64,000 bases of DNA from the human T2T-CHM13v2.0 reference genome, Homo sapiens. How positions within the stretch are numbered: the first letter of the stretch is position 1; each line of letters opens with the position of its first letter. The notes under the pieces were generated by a model that was given only the letters and a program-made list of their open reading frames with translations, was not told the DNA's origin and ran no database searches. Position numbers and translations under genes: made by a program. The DNA is taken from assembly GCF_009914755.1 (NCBI RefSeq), contig NC_060925.1; one strand, 5' to 3'. Shown here one piece after another: positions 14,991 to 29,829 of the stretch.

Positions 14991-15984
14991 CACGAGTATC
15001 ATCTGGATGTTTGTGCCCAGCCTTCAGATCACACAGGACCATCCTTCTGACCTTTTTCCTGGCCCCGCTCCTCAGATTCACACTGAAATTGTGAAAGGCG
15101 AGTATTCCTGTAGAAGGCTTCAGTTTAGTATTATTTTCATTTCCCAAATTTCTCTGTCCTTTAGGATATATTTCTGTTTTGGCTGATAGCTCAGTGATTT
15201 ACACAGTTTTAAATATTCTGTTATTTGACAGATCAGTACAACAGAATCAAAAATTTAGAAATAGGTTCAAATACATATAGGGATTTATGATAGAGTTGCT
15301 ATCTCAAATCAGTGAGGAAAATAATAGACTATTCAATATATGATGTTGGAACAACTCTGGGTCCATTTGGAAAAAATAGAGTTGGATTTATGCCTGATGC
15401 ATTATACCAGGATCCATTCCAAATGAATCAAATATTATAAGTAAAAAGTAAGTCCTAAAAGAAACATTCCTGTATAAATCCAGAGCAGGAAGACCTTTCT
15501 AACTATGAGAGATAAAATCTAGAAGGCATAAAGGAAAAGGTTTTAAAAATTAAATTCCATAAAAATCAAAATTTTGCTTGGCAAAAACTACTTGAGCAAT
15601 GTCAAAAGACAAACGGGAGCAAGTTGTTTGCAACTCATTTCACAGACAACGTTTAATGTCCTTAATATTTTAAGCACTCCTACAGGCCAATAAAAAAAGA
15701 CCAATTATCCAAAAGAAAATTGGGCAAAGAATATAAAGAGACAGTTCAAAGAAAAAAGGAAGTACATATAGCTTTTAAATATATGAATGTCAACCTTACT
15801 CATGTTACTCGAGCTACCATGAGATACCATTTTCACTATCAAATTAGTAAAAATGAAGTGTACTAATGCACACTGTCATCATGGAAGAAGGAAATGAGCA
15901 CTATCCTACCCGCTGTTGCAAATGGCATTTGGTGTCTCATGTAGGTGGGCAACTTAGCAACAACTATCAAAAGTGGTTATTCAA

Positions 15985-16289
15985 GGCAGAGTGTGGTGGC
16001 TCATGCCTGTAATCCCTGCACTTTGGGAGGCTGAGGCAGGCAGATTGCTTGAGCTCAGGAGTTTGAGACCAGCCTGGGAAGCACGGTGAAACCTTGTCTC
16101 TACAAAAAATACAGAAAATTTGCCAGGCATGGTGGCACACACCTATAGTCCTATCTACTTCGAGGGCTAAGGTTGGAGGATCACTTGAGCCCAGGAGGTT
16201 GAGGCTGCAGTGAGCTGTGATCACACCACTGCTCTCCTGCCTATGTGACAAAGTGAGACCCTGTATATAAAAAAAAAAAAAAAAAAAAA
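15985..16289 (+). mobile_element. AluJ (Jb-like)
   Basis: GGAGGATCACTTGAGCCCAGGAGGTTGAGGCTGCAGTGAGCTGTGATC; degenerate TSD. Confidence 0.9.
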
Positions 16290-16618
16290 TTAGTTATCCA
16301 TTGCAGTAAATACTGGTTACTGTAGCAAGAAATTTGACAACAACCTAAATGTCCACCAATAGGGGATTGGTTAAACATATTATAGTACATCCATATAATA
16401 GACTATTGTACTATTGTATAGTTGTATTAATATAAAGAGAATGAGGACACTTTCTATGAATAGATATTGAAAGATTGCTAAGATGAATTATAAAGAGAAA
16501 AAAGTAAGATACAGAATAATATGCATAGTTTTCTAATTTGTGTGGAAAGGAAGAGATTGAATTGTAAATTTGCATTTGCTTGTATATAAATGTAAAATCT
16601 CTAGAAGAATTCAAGGAA

Positions 16619-16916
16619 GCCAGGCGCAGTGGCTCACACCTGTAATCCCAGCATTTTGGGAGTCCAAGGCAGGCAGATTATGAGGTCAGAAGATTGAGGT
16701 CATCCAGACTAACATGGTGAAACCTGTCTCTACTAAAAATATAAAAAATTAGCCGGGTGTGGTGGCACACACCTGTAGTCCCAGTTACTCAGGAGGCTGA
16801 GGCAGGAGAATTGCTTGAACCCGGGAGGCAGAAGTTGCAGTGAGTAGAGATTGCACCACTATACTCCAGACTGGGCAACAGAGCAAGACTCCATCTCAAA
16901 AAAAAAAAAAAAAAAA
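16619..16916 (+). mobile_element. AluSc-like
   Basis: Dimer with poly-A; TSD AAGAATTCAAGGAA at 16605-16618 and 16917-16930. Confidence 0.93.
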
Positions 16917-17386
16917 AAGAATTCAAGGAAAACATTGGCAGGTTACTGGTTTGCAAAGGTGAATAAACATATGCAGGACAAGGGTGGAAAAAGGAAATAT
17001 AGGTGTAAAAGTTTATTTAATTTTGAATCATATAAACATTTTATCTACTTTAAAAATTAAACAATTTTTTTAAAAATTATTCTTTGTCTTAAATCAAATT
17101 AAGCCCTTTTTTTCTAAGCTTTGGTTCAAGGTAAGCTTAATTTCTAGATTTACCTTAGTTCAGCAAACCAGTATGTTTCCTTTAGGATTTAGCTTCATGG
17201 TTTTGGCTTAAGTCCCTGACCCTAAATATCTATGTCACACCAACACACACATTCACATGCACACTGAAGTGAACACTGTACATAGACAGGCATAGACACT
17301 CATCAAGACAGTGTGGTCTATGCAGAGGATCATGCATATACAAAACTCAGTAGCAGAGTTGAGTGAGTAGACATCTGCATACAGGA

Positions 17387-17819
17387 TGTGAAAGGAAAAT
17401 AAATCTTGGGACCCCAAAATCACTAAGCTAAGCTGGGAACTGCTTAGAGCAAACCTGCCTTCCATTCTATTCAAAGTCATCCCTCTGCTCAATGAGATAA
17501 ATGCATATCTGATTGCTTCCTTTAGAGAGGCTGATCAGAAACTCAAAAGAATGCAACCTTTGTATCTCATCTACCTATAACCAGGAAGCCCCCCCACCCC
17601 ACTTGTCCCACCTTTCCATACTGAATCCATATACATTGTACATATATTGATTGATGTCTCACGTCTTTCTAAAATGTATAAAACCAAGCTGTGCCCTGAC
17701 CACCTTGGGCACATATCATCAGGACTTCCTGAGGCTGTGTCACAGGTGCGCATCCTTAACATTGGCAAAATAAACTTCCTAAATTGACTGAGACCTGTCT
17801 CAGTTATTAGGGGTTCACA
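17387..17819 (+). mobile_element. MER4A/MER4A1 ERV1 solo LTR
   Basis: TGTGAAAGGAAAATAAATCTTGGGACCCC...GGGTTCACA; 4-bp TSD AGGA. Confidence 0.9.
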
Positions 17820-18407
17820 AGGAAGAAGGTGGGGTCGGAGTAAGCGCAATGTGGGAGTTAACTGGAGGGGGAAAGAGAAAATAAGTAGGAGGAATGGAGG
17901 ATAGAATCAACAGAAACAGAATGTAGTTCTTTTATGTCTCTTGCTGCAAATGCTACACGTGCCTGTAAGGAGACCATTACCTCTGACTTAGCAGGAGATC
18001 TCAGAGCTGAATCATGCATCCTACAGCATCATGGATGCTGATCAAAGAGGCCCAAGCTGGCCCCACTTCTTGACTCCCTGTATTGTATTTTCTTTAATTT
18101 AGGGCATGGCCAGCAGAGCTGTGAGGACAGCCAAGGGCTCTCTGGGCACATCAAGGCCCATTATGACTTCCCTACTGGCTTTCATTCCTGATGGTGAGAA
18201 AGAAGCCTAGTGGAGAACGCCAACTTAATGTACTCATTTAGGGGAGTGACAGAATCTCTGTGTCACTGTGCCAGATTCAAATGGAGTCCTTCCTCCATGG
18301 GAAAGGGTTTGCTGGCTTTAAGGCCTCTGGGACTAGAATCTTCATTTTTGGCTCAGGTACAAGGTGTGCCTTCTGAAAGCCTCCAGCTCATTTCCTGAGA
18401 CACTTTC

Positions 18408-18827
18408 TGTGTCAGCCTGTTTTGTATTGCTCTAAAGAACACTTGAGAATGGATAGTTTATAAAGAAAAGAGGTTTATTTGGCTCATGGTTCTACAGGCT
18501 GTACAAGCATAGCATTGGCATTGGCTCAGCTTCTGGTTGGGCCTCAGGAAGTTTTCCTCATGGCAGAAGGCAAAAGGGGGAGCAGATGTATCACATGGCA
18601 AGAGAGGGAGCAAGAGAGAGAGGCAGGAGGTCCCAGACTCTTTTTCACAACCAGGTCTCATGTGAAATAGTAGAGTGAGAACTCCCTCATTACTGTGAGG
18701 ATGGCACCAAGCCATTCATGAGGGATCTTCTGCCATGATCCAAACACCTCCCACTAGGCCCCACCTATAACATGGGAATCACATTTTAATGTGAGATTTG
18801 GAGGGGGCAAACATCCAAACTATATCA
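18408..18827 (-). mobile_element. MSTB-like MaLR solo LTR
   Basis: GAGGTTTATTTGGCTCATGGTTCT...GCACCAAGCCATTCATGAGGGATC...AAACATCCAAACTATATCA. Confidence 0.9.
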
Positions 18828-18971
18828 TCTCCCTTATGTCATCACTGGAAAATGTTCTCAGGCAAGGGCTCCACATGCACTAGAGTTTGATTTCAGTCCT
18901 GCTCTGGAATGCTTCCAGCTCTGAGTCTTAGGCTCCTCAGAACAGACCTCTGAGAATAAATAGGAAGATAA

Positions 18972-19835
18972 ACAATTGCTAACATTTACTGAACACTTAC
19001 TATACACTAAGCAACTTACATACATTATTCAATTTAACATTCAGAATGGCTTTATACACTTTATGTACCTGTAACCATAATAGGCTTATTATGGTTACAT
19101 AAAAGTTATACTTTATGTACTTGTAACCATAATAGGTTCATTGCCCAATGTGTAGCAAGTCAATATGCCAAGATGGCAGGTTGCAGCAGAGAAAGAGGTT
19201 TAATTGTAGGGCTTCTGACTGAGGAGATGGAAGGATACCTCAAATCCATCCCCCTGAGGAGTCTGGGGTTAGGGTTTTTAAAGGTTTTAGAGTGGGTCAA
19301 AGTGTGGAGATGGATGATTGGTTGAAGCGTACAGGGTTATGTCATGAGCAGGAAGATAAAGAAACTGTATTCCAATGCTGATTAGGTTCCTCTGTGGGGG
19401 TCTTCAAACTGGTTGGCATCAGCTATTCAACCAGAATTCAGGATCTGCTTTAGCAATTCTTAAACAAAAGCTTTATGATTCTAATGTCAGATATTCTATC
19501 TATCTTAAACAAAAGCCTTATGATGCTAACACTAGAAATCCTATCTATAGGAACAATGGGGATCCAAGTGGTCAGTATCTAGTGCTCCCTGACTTTTGCT
19601 TGCAAAAAAAAGTGAGTCAAAGTTCAGCCTGATTAATGCTCAATTATAACTATATTTCTGTCCAGAATTAACTATGTTTCTGTCTTCTTGTTAGCCTTGT
19701 GAGGAGAGCTTCATACTGTTATCATCCCATTTTACAGATGAAGAAACTGCAGCTTAAAGGTTAACTAACTTGGCCATGTTTGCAAAGTTGGTGAGAAGGG
19801 AACCAGTATCTAAACTCAGACCTGTAAGATCCCAC
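18972..19835 (-). mobile_element. MIR split by an LTR insertion
   Basis: GCTAACATTTACTGAACACTTACTAT on the left and CCCATTTTACAGATGAAGAAACTG on the right. Confidence 0.8.
19122..19713 (-). mobile_element. ERV1 solo LTR, LTR26-like
   Basis: TG...CA ends, 4-bp TSD TACT (19118-19121, 19714-19717); family name from recall. Confidence 0.8.
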
Positions 19836-19927
19836 CCCAGAACACGCATGAGAAAACACTTTGCAAACTAAGGTTCTACACACATTACCTCTTGTTGTAA
19901 TGCATAATTGTATAGCTGTTGCTGTTC

Positions 19928-20510
<583 letters not shown>

Positions 20511-20667
20511 GAGGTATTATTATTTCTAAACAGAAACAAACAGAATTGCAACATTCCCATTCTGTGTGAGCTCAGAACTTTAATGCTTGTGCAGATCCTC
20601 TTTGAGTGAGACACAGTGTGAGCGTCACAAATTTTCTCCCACAAGTACCTTTCTAACTCCACCCTAA

Positions 20668-21348
<681 letters not shown>

Positions 21349-21605
21349 AACAATTGTTCATTTAAGTACTGCTCTCCTTTCCTCCTCCCCTCAAAACTTC
21401 ATTTGTTCCATCAAACAGGCTGATGTGTCTTTTTCCCATGGGATTTTCTTCTGCCTTCTCTCTCATGGAGGAGTGGTTATCTGCAGACCTACTCTCAACT
21501 CAACTGTGCATGGGTAAACCAACCCCCATCTGCCAGGAAACCACATTCAATTGTCCTCAGGAAGAGATTCTATTTGTTCCCTCTATAACACAAAAATGCA
21601 TTTTA

Positions 21606-22019
<414 letters not shown>

Positions 22020-22203
22020 CTAAATTCACAGGGCTGACATATGCGCATATATCTCTCAGGCTCTAGTACAAGCTAAAGACTGGGACAATTTTGTATTCAC
22101 TTGTATCTCCCACAGTATTTTACACATAGTAGGTGCTAAGTATTCATTTGCTAAATGAATGCCATTTTTATACTTAGAAAACTATTTTAGCCAAGGAGTA
22201 TGC

Positions 22204-22530
22204 TTTCTTTTCCTTTTTCTTTTTTCTTCTCTTTCTTTTTTTTTTTGAGACAGAGTCTCGCTCTGTTGCCCAGGCTGGAGTACAGTGGCACAATCTCGGC
22301 TCACTGCAACCTTGACCTCCCACATTCAAGCATTTCTCTTGCCTCAGCCTCCTGAGTAGCTGGGATTACAGGTGTGCACCACCACACCCAGCTAATTTTT
22401 TTTGTATTTTCAGTAGAGACGCGGTTTTACCATGTTGGCCAGGCTGGTCTCAAACTCCTGACCTCAAGTGATCTGCCCGCTTGGCCTCCCAAAATGCTGA
22501 GATTACAGGTGTGAGCCACTGCACCTGGCC
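22204..22530 (-). mobile_element. AluSz-like
   Basis: Antisense dimer with ACCTCAAGTGATC. Confidence 0.93.
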
Positions 22531-23237
22531 TATCCTTTATTTTTCTTATGCCTTTCTCTAAACCATAAAAATTTCTATTGACCTGACAGTTAAGATGGCC
22601 TTGTTCTAGGCTATATAAAGCTCCTACTATGCACCAGGTACTCTGCCAGATGCTGAGAATACTAATAAGATAAAAGCTAGTTCCTCTGCCCCAAGGACAT
22701 GGTCTATTCTTTAGCCATTTTCCCTGAGGGAGGAGTCCCATTGGTCACTTAAGGCATAGAGATAGTTCCAGACTACAGAATTCTGTCCTACATTTCCAAA
22801 TTACCAGATGTAAGCACAGAGAAGACAATTTCACAAGCTGGAAAATCAGGCAGCTTGAAAAGGAAAAGCCAGGCTGTCATGCTTGTGCTCATGATGCCCT
22901 TGTTATTGTTCCAGGTGGAAGGCAGAGGAACAGCAGATGAAGGCTTTTAATATGCTGGCAATTAATTCTTTCACTTACTTTAAATTAAAATGTTCAGCTT
23001 CTCCTGGTCACTCATCAACAACAGTTAACATCAGTGTCTTTTCAGCATTTGGAAGGCTCTAAGTATAAATAGCCCATTACTTTGCAATGAAAGATAAATT
23101 GTAAAACCCTGATTAAGTAGAATACTCTCAGAATGAGCTTTCCTGGCTTATTGATTCTTCTACTTATAAAAGACTTAGCTGGAAAATTAATTTTTTAGTA
23201 TTCATTCATTCAATCGATTAATCAACACGACAAATGA

Positions 23238-23478
23238 TAGTGGTTAAGATCAGTCACTGGAGCCAATCTGCCTGGATTGAATCTCAGCTCCATCACTTTG
23301 CTACGTTGAGCAGACTGCTTGTTCTCTCTATGCTCTGTCTCCTCATCTTTAAATTGGAGATAGTAATAGTACTTATCTCATAGTATATATATGAAAATTA
23401 GATAGATTAACATATGTAAGGTCCATAGGAAGGTGACTAGCACATGGTAGGTGCTACATAACTGTTACTATTATTATT
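23238..23478 (+). mobile_element. MIR, near full length
   Basis: TAGTGGTTAAGA...CTCATCTTTAAATTGGAGATAGTAATAGTAC...CTATTATTATT. Confidence 0.85.
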
Positions 23479-23559
23479 GATCACCTCATCTATTCTCTGC
23501 ATGAGAGAGCAGTGAGCAGGATAAGTATGATCTCTGCCTCATCATGAATTCCCACCATC

Positions 23560-23995
23560 ATAAAAAATTCAAACAATATAGAATTATACAGAGTAAAATA
23601 TGAAAGTCTACTCCATCTCTCCTAATTCTACTCCCCAGAGGTAATCATTATTAATAATTTCATGCATATCCTTCCAGACTATTTTTCTAGGTATATGAAA
23701 ATGTATACATAAATATCTATTGTCTAATTTTATCAAAGATAGAATCATTCTGCTAACAATATATTGTGGGCAGCTTTGCAAGTCAGTCGATACAGACATA
23801 CCTTCTTTGAAGTGGCTGCTTTGCTTTATGTAATAAGACAAACTATACTTTATTAATCTTCCTCATACTGCTGGCTATTAGGATGTTTGCACTTTTTTGC
23901 CAATGTAAGCAATACCACAATAAATATCCTTATATGTGTACCTTTGCACATTTGTATAGTGTTTCTTTATGATGTATTCTTTAATAAGCATTGCC
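23560..23995 (-). mobile_element. L1ME 3' UTR fragment
   Basis: CTCCCCAGAGGTAATCATTATTAATA..CATATCCTTCCAGAC; ATAAATATCCTTATATGTG. Confidence 0.7.
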
Positions 23996-24606
23996 ATCCA
24001 TTTTTCCCCTCAAATAAAATGCTTTGACAAAGCAGAGACTCTCTGATCTTGAAAAGATGGCCTCAGTGATATTATGACAAATTCTCACTTCATCACAGAG
24101 AGTTGTGGTTGTCACCATGGAAGGGTAGCCAATTGGGCTGAAACTCTGGCATAGGCCTACAAGATTGTTTTTTTGAATGGATCTCTAATAACAGCTGATT
24201 TGATCATGGTTTTTTTCTTTCTCTAGGTGTGGTGAAAACATTCATATTAATGGAGAGCTGTGACTCTGGGTAACTAAGACTTTCATCTTCATATTAGAAT
24301 CTCATTCACATCCCCTTTCTCTCCTAGTCCACTTTTCCCAAAGTATTATGACCTAGCCAAGAAATCCCATGACTCCATGACTTCAGTTCTCAAAATATTT
24401 AGAGCTTCTGTACAATAAAAGTGAGCATTAGGGGAGGATGAGTTAAAAGAAATGACAGCCAGATGGGGATCATGAGAAAATTTAAACTGGAAAATCACTC
24501 AAGAGAAATCTCCCACTGAAACTATACACAGATTATGACAAAGTGGATAAATGCTTTTATGGCCCTCAGCTAAACTAAAGACATGCCAAAAGGCAGCGCC
24601 TGGATA

Positions 24607-25090
24607 TATGAGTTAGGATACAAGTTTAACTGCCCTGGCAAAGAGACCCCAAAGTACAGTGAGACAGAAGTTTAATTTTCCCTCCTGGAAGGGTCCATAG
24701 AGAGTCTAGAATTCCAGAGCAGACAGGCAATGCTGCTCCCTAAGATCATCCCAAGGTACTGGCACTGGGGCAGCTCTGTCACCCTCAGTGGTGGCACCCA
24801 TGTGGCCTAAGGTGGCTGCTGCTGTTGCTGCTCTTTCCCACACAATAGGAAATGGATAGTGGAGCACAACAAGCCCTTTTATCTATAAAGAATGTGGCCC
24901 TTATGTTCTTCACATCACTTCTGCTCACACTCCAATAGGAGGAATTTTGTCATATTTCCCTCTTAGCTACAAGAAAGGCTGGGAAATACAGTTGCTACCT
25001 GAGCAACCATTTGCCCAGCTAAATATTGATGTTTTATTACAGAAGACAGAGAAGGAGACAAATGAAAAGAGAAGGATAGATAGCTATTGG
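24607..25090 (-). mobile_element. Old MaLR LTR (MLT1I/J-like)
   Basis: CATCACTTCTGCTCACACTCCA...AGCTACAAGAAAGGCTGGGAAATACAG; boundaries approximate. Confidence 0.65.
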
Positions 25091-25253
25091 GGCTTTGATC
25101 TCTGGTACAGTGAATTTATATAGAGAGGCATTTTATAGGATTTTGAGCTAGAGGGTAAATATGAGAGCATTGCACACCAAAGAGTAAAACTAGCCAGGCA
25201 GGAGTTGGGGACAAGTGTCTTCCAGCTTAATTTAAACAACATAGAATTATGTA

Positions 25254-25537
<284 letters not shown>

Positions 25538-26158
25538 TTATGTACCCATTGAGGGCACCTTCTTGGGATCTCCACTGTGTCAGTTTCCCTACTTTACCTT
25601 GAAACATCACACTGGGCTTCTCCTTTCAAAGCTCTGATCACACTTACAACTGATTACAGATAGTATAGGTACATAAGCAATTACAATACTAGGTAAATCC
25701 TATAAGAAGGGAATTCAGAAAGTGTCATAGGCACACAAATAAAATAATTTCCAATTGAGAAGGTGGCTGCTGCCATTGAAAGTTTGTCAAGTTGAAGTTT
25801 AGGTTCTCTTGCTGAGCCAAGGAATGAAGAAACCAGATTATCCCAAATAGGAATAGAAATCTTGACATGTGACTAATGACTGAGCCTTGGGTAAATGGTG
25901 CAAACCATTGAGAAACAAGGGAATCATTGCAATATTTTATTGCCCCAGGCCCCTAAACACCCACTGAGTACCCATTCTTTCAAAACTCAGCCTGAACATC
26001 ACTTGTTTATGATAATTTCTCTGCTTTACCCTATCCCACCCCATCCTGCTCAGATAGAACTGACCTCTTCCTCCCTATATCCACATTGTATACTACATTT
26101 CAGGCTATCACAGCACTTATAGCTCTTCAGAGAACTTACAATTTAGATTCTGAGACCC

Positions 26159-28486
26159 TCTAATAGTCCATTCTCATGCTGCTATAAGGACATACCCAAG
26201 ACTGGGTAATTTATAAAGGAAAGAGGTTTAATTGACTCATAGTTCAATACGACTAGGAAGGCCTCAGGAAACTTACAATCATGGCAGAAAGGGAAGCAAA
26301 CACATCCTTCTTTACATGGTGACAAGAGGGGGAAGAATGAGAGCCAAGTGAAGGGGGAGGCCCCTTATAAAACCATCAGATCTTGTAAGAGCTTACTATC
26401 AGAAGAACAGGATGGGGGAAACCTTGCCCCCATGATTCAATTATCTCCACCTTGTCCCTCCCACGACACATGGGGATTATGGGAACCACAATTCAAGATG
26501 AAATTTGGGAGGGGACACAGCCAAACCATATCATTCCACCCTGGCCCCTCCCAAATCTCATGTCCTCACAATTCAAAACACAATCATGCCCTTCCAACAG
26601 TCCCCCAAAGGCTTGACTCATTCCAGCATTAACTCAAAAGTCCAAGTCCAAAGTCTCATCTGAGACAATGAGACCCTTCTGCCTTTGAACCTGTAAAATC
26701 AAAAGCAAGTTAGTTACTTTTTAGATACAATGGAGGCATTGAGTAAATACACCCATTCCAAAGGGGATAATTGTCCAAAACAAAGGGGCTACAGGCCCCA
26801 TGCAAGTCCTAAATCCAATAGGGCAGTCATTAAACCTTAAAGTTCCAAAATGATCTCCTTTGACTCCATGTCTTACATCCAGCATGCACTGATACAAGAG
26901 GTGGGCTCCTGCAGCCTTGGGCAGGTCCACCTCTGTGGCTTTGCCAGGTACAGTCCCCCTCCCACTTGCTTTCACGACTGGAGTTGAGTGTCTGCAGCTT
27001 TTCCAGGCATATGGTGCAAGCTGTCAGCGGATCTGCCATTCTGGGGTCTAGAGGATGGCCCTCTTCTCACAGCTCCACTAGGCGGTGCCCCAGTGGGGAC
27101 TCTATGTGGGGGCTCCAACCTCACATTTCCTTTCCACACTGCCCTAGCAGAGGTTCTCCACAGTGACCCTGTCCCTGCAGCAAACTTCTGCCTGAACATC
27201 CAGGTGTTTCCATCCATCCTCTGAAATCTAGGCAGAGGGTCCTATACCTCAGTTCTTTACTTCGTGCACCCACAGGCCCAATGCCATGTGTATACCACAA
27301 AGGCTTGGGGCTTGTACCCTCTGAAGCAATGGGCCTGAGCTGTATGTTGGCCCCTTTTAGTCATGGCTGGAGCTGAAGCAGCTGGGACTCAGGGCACTAC
27401 GTCCAGAAGCTGCATAGAGCAGAGAGGCCCTGGGCCTGGCCCAGGAAACCATTTTTCACTCCTAGGCCTCCAGGCCTGTGATGGGAAGGGCTGCTATGAA
27501 GGTCTCTGACATGCCCTGGAGACATTTTCCCCATTGTCTCAGTGATTAACTTTCAGCTCCTTGTTCCTTATGCAAATTTCTGCAGCGGGCTTGAATTTCT
27601 CCCCAGAAAAGGGGATTTTCTTTTCTGTTGCATTGTCAGGCTGCAAATTTTCCAAACATTTATGCTCCACTTCCTCTTGAACACTTTGCCACTTAGAAAT
27701 TTTTTCCACCAGATACCCTAAATCATCTCTCTTAAGTTCAAAGTTCCACAGATCTCTAGGGCAGAAGAAAAATGCTGCCAGTTTCTTTGCTAAAGCATAG
27801 CAAGCGTGACCTTTACTCCAATTCCCAACAAGTTCCTCATCTCCATCTGAGACCACCTCAGCCTAGACTTCATTGTCCATATCCCTTTCAGATCAAAGCC
27901 ATTCAAGAAGTCTCTAGGAAGTTACAAACTTTCCTACATCTTCTTGTCTTCTGAGCTCTCCAAGTCTCTAGGAAGTTCCAAACTTTCCCACATTTTCCTG
28001 TCTTCTTATGAGCCTTCTCAACTGTTTCAGCCTCTGTCTGTTGCCCAGTTCCAAAGTTGCTTCCATATTTTTGGGTATTCTTATAGCAGCACCCCACTCC
28101 CTTGGTACCAATTTACTGTACTAGCCCATTCTCACACTGGTATAAGGATATACCTCAGACTGGGTAATTTATAAAAGAAAGAGGTTTAACTGACTCACAG
28201 TTTAGCATGGCTGGGGAGACCTCAGGAAACTTACAATCATGGCAGAAGGGGAGGCAAACATGTCCTTCTTCACATGGCGGCAGCAAGAAGAACTGCCGAG
28301 CAAAATGGAGAAAAGCCCCTTATAAAACCAACAGATCTTGTGATAACTTACTATCACAAGAACAGGATGGGGGAATCCTCTACTATGATTCAGTTGTCTC
28401 TAGCTGGTCCCTCCCATGACATGTGGGGATTATGGAAACTACAATTCAAGATGAGATTTGGGTGGGAAAACAGCCAAACTATATCA
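26159..28486 (-). mobile_element. Full-length THE1 (C/D-type) MaLR: 3' LTR 26159-26533, internal 26534-28116, 5' LTR 28117-28486
   Basis: Two direct LTRs of about 370 bp, 1.58-kb THE1-int, minus-strand polypurine tract next to the left LTR, 5-bp TSD GACCC at 26154-26158 and 28487-28491; inserted in an L2 3' end. Confidence 0.95.
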
Positions 28487-28872
28487 GACCCCCAAGAGGT
28501 AAAGCTCTCCAAAAGGCAGGAATTGTGCTTGATTTATCTTTGTTTTCTAGCACATTGAATAGGCCCTGGTGTTTAGGAGGCACTCAATAACAATTGATTG
28601 ATGAAAGTCAATTTGTGGTTATACTTCCAAACCAATGACTCTGTACTCAGAAACTACTTATTGCCTTTAAAATAATCCCTTTACACACAAGTAGGATTTT
28701 GACAGGTAGGGATGGGACTTGACCCTTTGGTTAGAGAGATGGGGATTCTTAACTGCGGCCAGCAAAACTCTTGGATAATTTTCAGTCTCAGCATGGTTGA
28801 CCAAAGGACAATGAGAGGGAAATAACAGAGGTACAAATGGCTCAGAAGATGCTGTTGCTACAGTTATGCAAG

Positions 28873-29444
28873 TGAAGGTGCTCAGAATAGGCCACCCCCA
28901 AATATGCCACTTTGGCATAAGGATTATTTTGAGCTGAAGGCAACTAAAAAACAGCAGACACAAAAAAAGTTCTCTATCCTCCTCCCATTTGCCTAAAGGC
29001 AGGGCATAAATTCCCTTTGTGAGGACATTACCCTTTTCCTCTCTCATAGCAGGAAGGGCAGAGAGATTAGACTCTTAATCACTGGAGTCTGAGAGGAACC
29101 AACATACCAAATATTACTAAAATATCTCTTTTATTCCATTTATTTCCTCCCTGTATTTACCTTCCCACAATTTACTACTCGTAACAACTTCAAACTCTTT
29201 TTATCTTCTCACTTCTTTACAAATTTATTTTTGTTTGAATTTATATACCATTTTGTTAAAATGGTATATAAGCCTCTAGGTATGAGCACCCCTTGGATTT
29301 TTTTTCATTTCTGTGAGCCTCCTCCATATGTGTATGAAAGAAACCCTTTTCTCTTGCTAACCTGTGTTTTCTCTGTTTCATCTGCAGAACCCCAGGCACT
29401 AAGCCTAAACACAGAGAATAAAGGTCTTTTTACTCCCCGATACA
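28873..29444 (+). mobile_element. MER34-family ERV1 solo LTR
   Basis: CCAAATATGCCACTTTGGCATAAGGATTATTTTGAGCTGAAGGCAA; ends CTCCCCGATACA. Confidence 0.8.
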
Positions 29445-29829
29445 GGCACCAGCTGAAGTTTCAGTGGCTCTGATGGCTGGTTTCAGGTTTGTAAACACCC
29501 CTGTTGAAGAGCTCTTGGATGCACTGGGGTGTAGTTTTTGATGGAGTATGTGGACAAGATTTAATCTTTTCAGAAAACTGAATGTATGTTATTTATTAGG
29601 GCTGTGTTTGGGGGTGTGGTCTAAAAGTTTCAAATTCCTCAATTTGTTTTCACTCCTCTCTTGAGGAGATCAGAACAATGAGTGGCTCACACCGGGACAG
29701 CTGGGCCCTGGAATACAAGATCTCTTCTTCATAGTCCAGGGTATAGAGCTCTGCAGCTGGCAGAGCACAGGAAGACCATGGTCAGAGAGAGCCGAAACAT
29801 AATACCAAACACCAATAACCACCGTGACC

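Larger units (their letters stand above)
15225..17075 (+). mobile_element. L1M (ME-like) ORF2 end and 3' UTR, interrupted by two Alus
   Basis: GACTATTCAATATATGATGTTGG, AAAATTGGGCAAAGAATAT, CAACCTAAATGTCCACCAATAGGGGATTGGTTAAAC. Confidence 0.8.

Noticed and set aside
19058-19136. Direct repeats with a spacer as a CRISPR-like array
   Set aside because: Only two copies, in primate DNA, and the spacer is an inverted copy of the repeat; no cas genes.
27908-28020. About 54-bp tandem duplication in THE1-int
   Set aside because: I recall it from other THE1-int copies, so it is probably a family trait rather than locus-specific; needs a Dfam check.
26721-28097. Minus-strand ORFs in the THE1 internal region
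   Set aside because: Broken remnants of the MaLR internal ORF spread over several frames; no intact reading frame.
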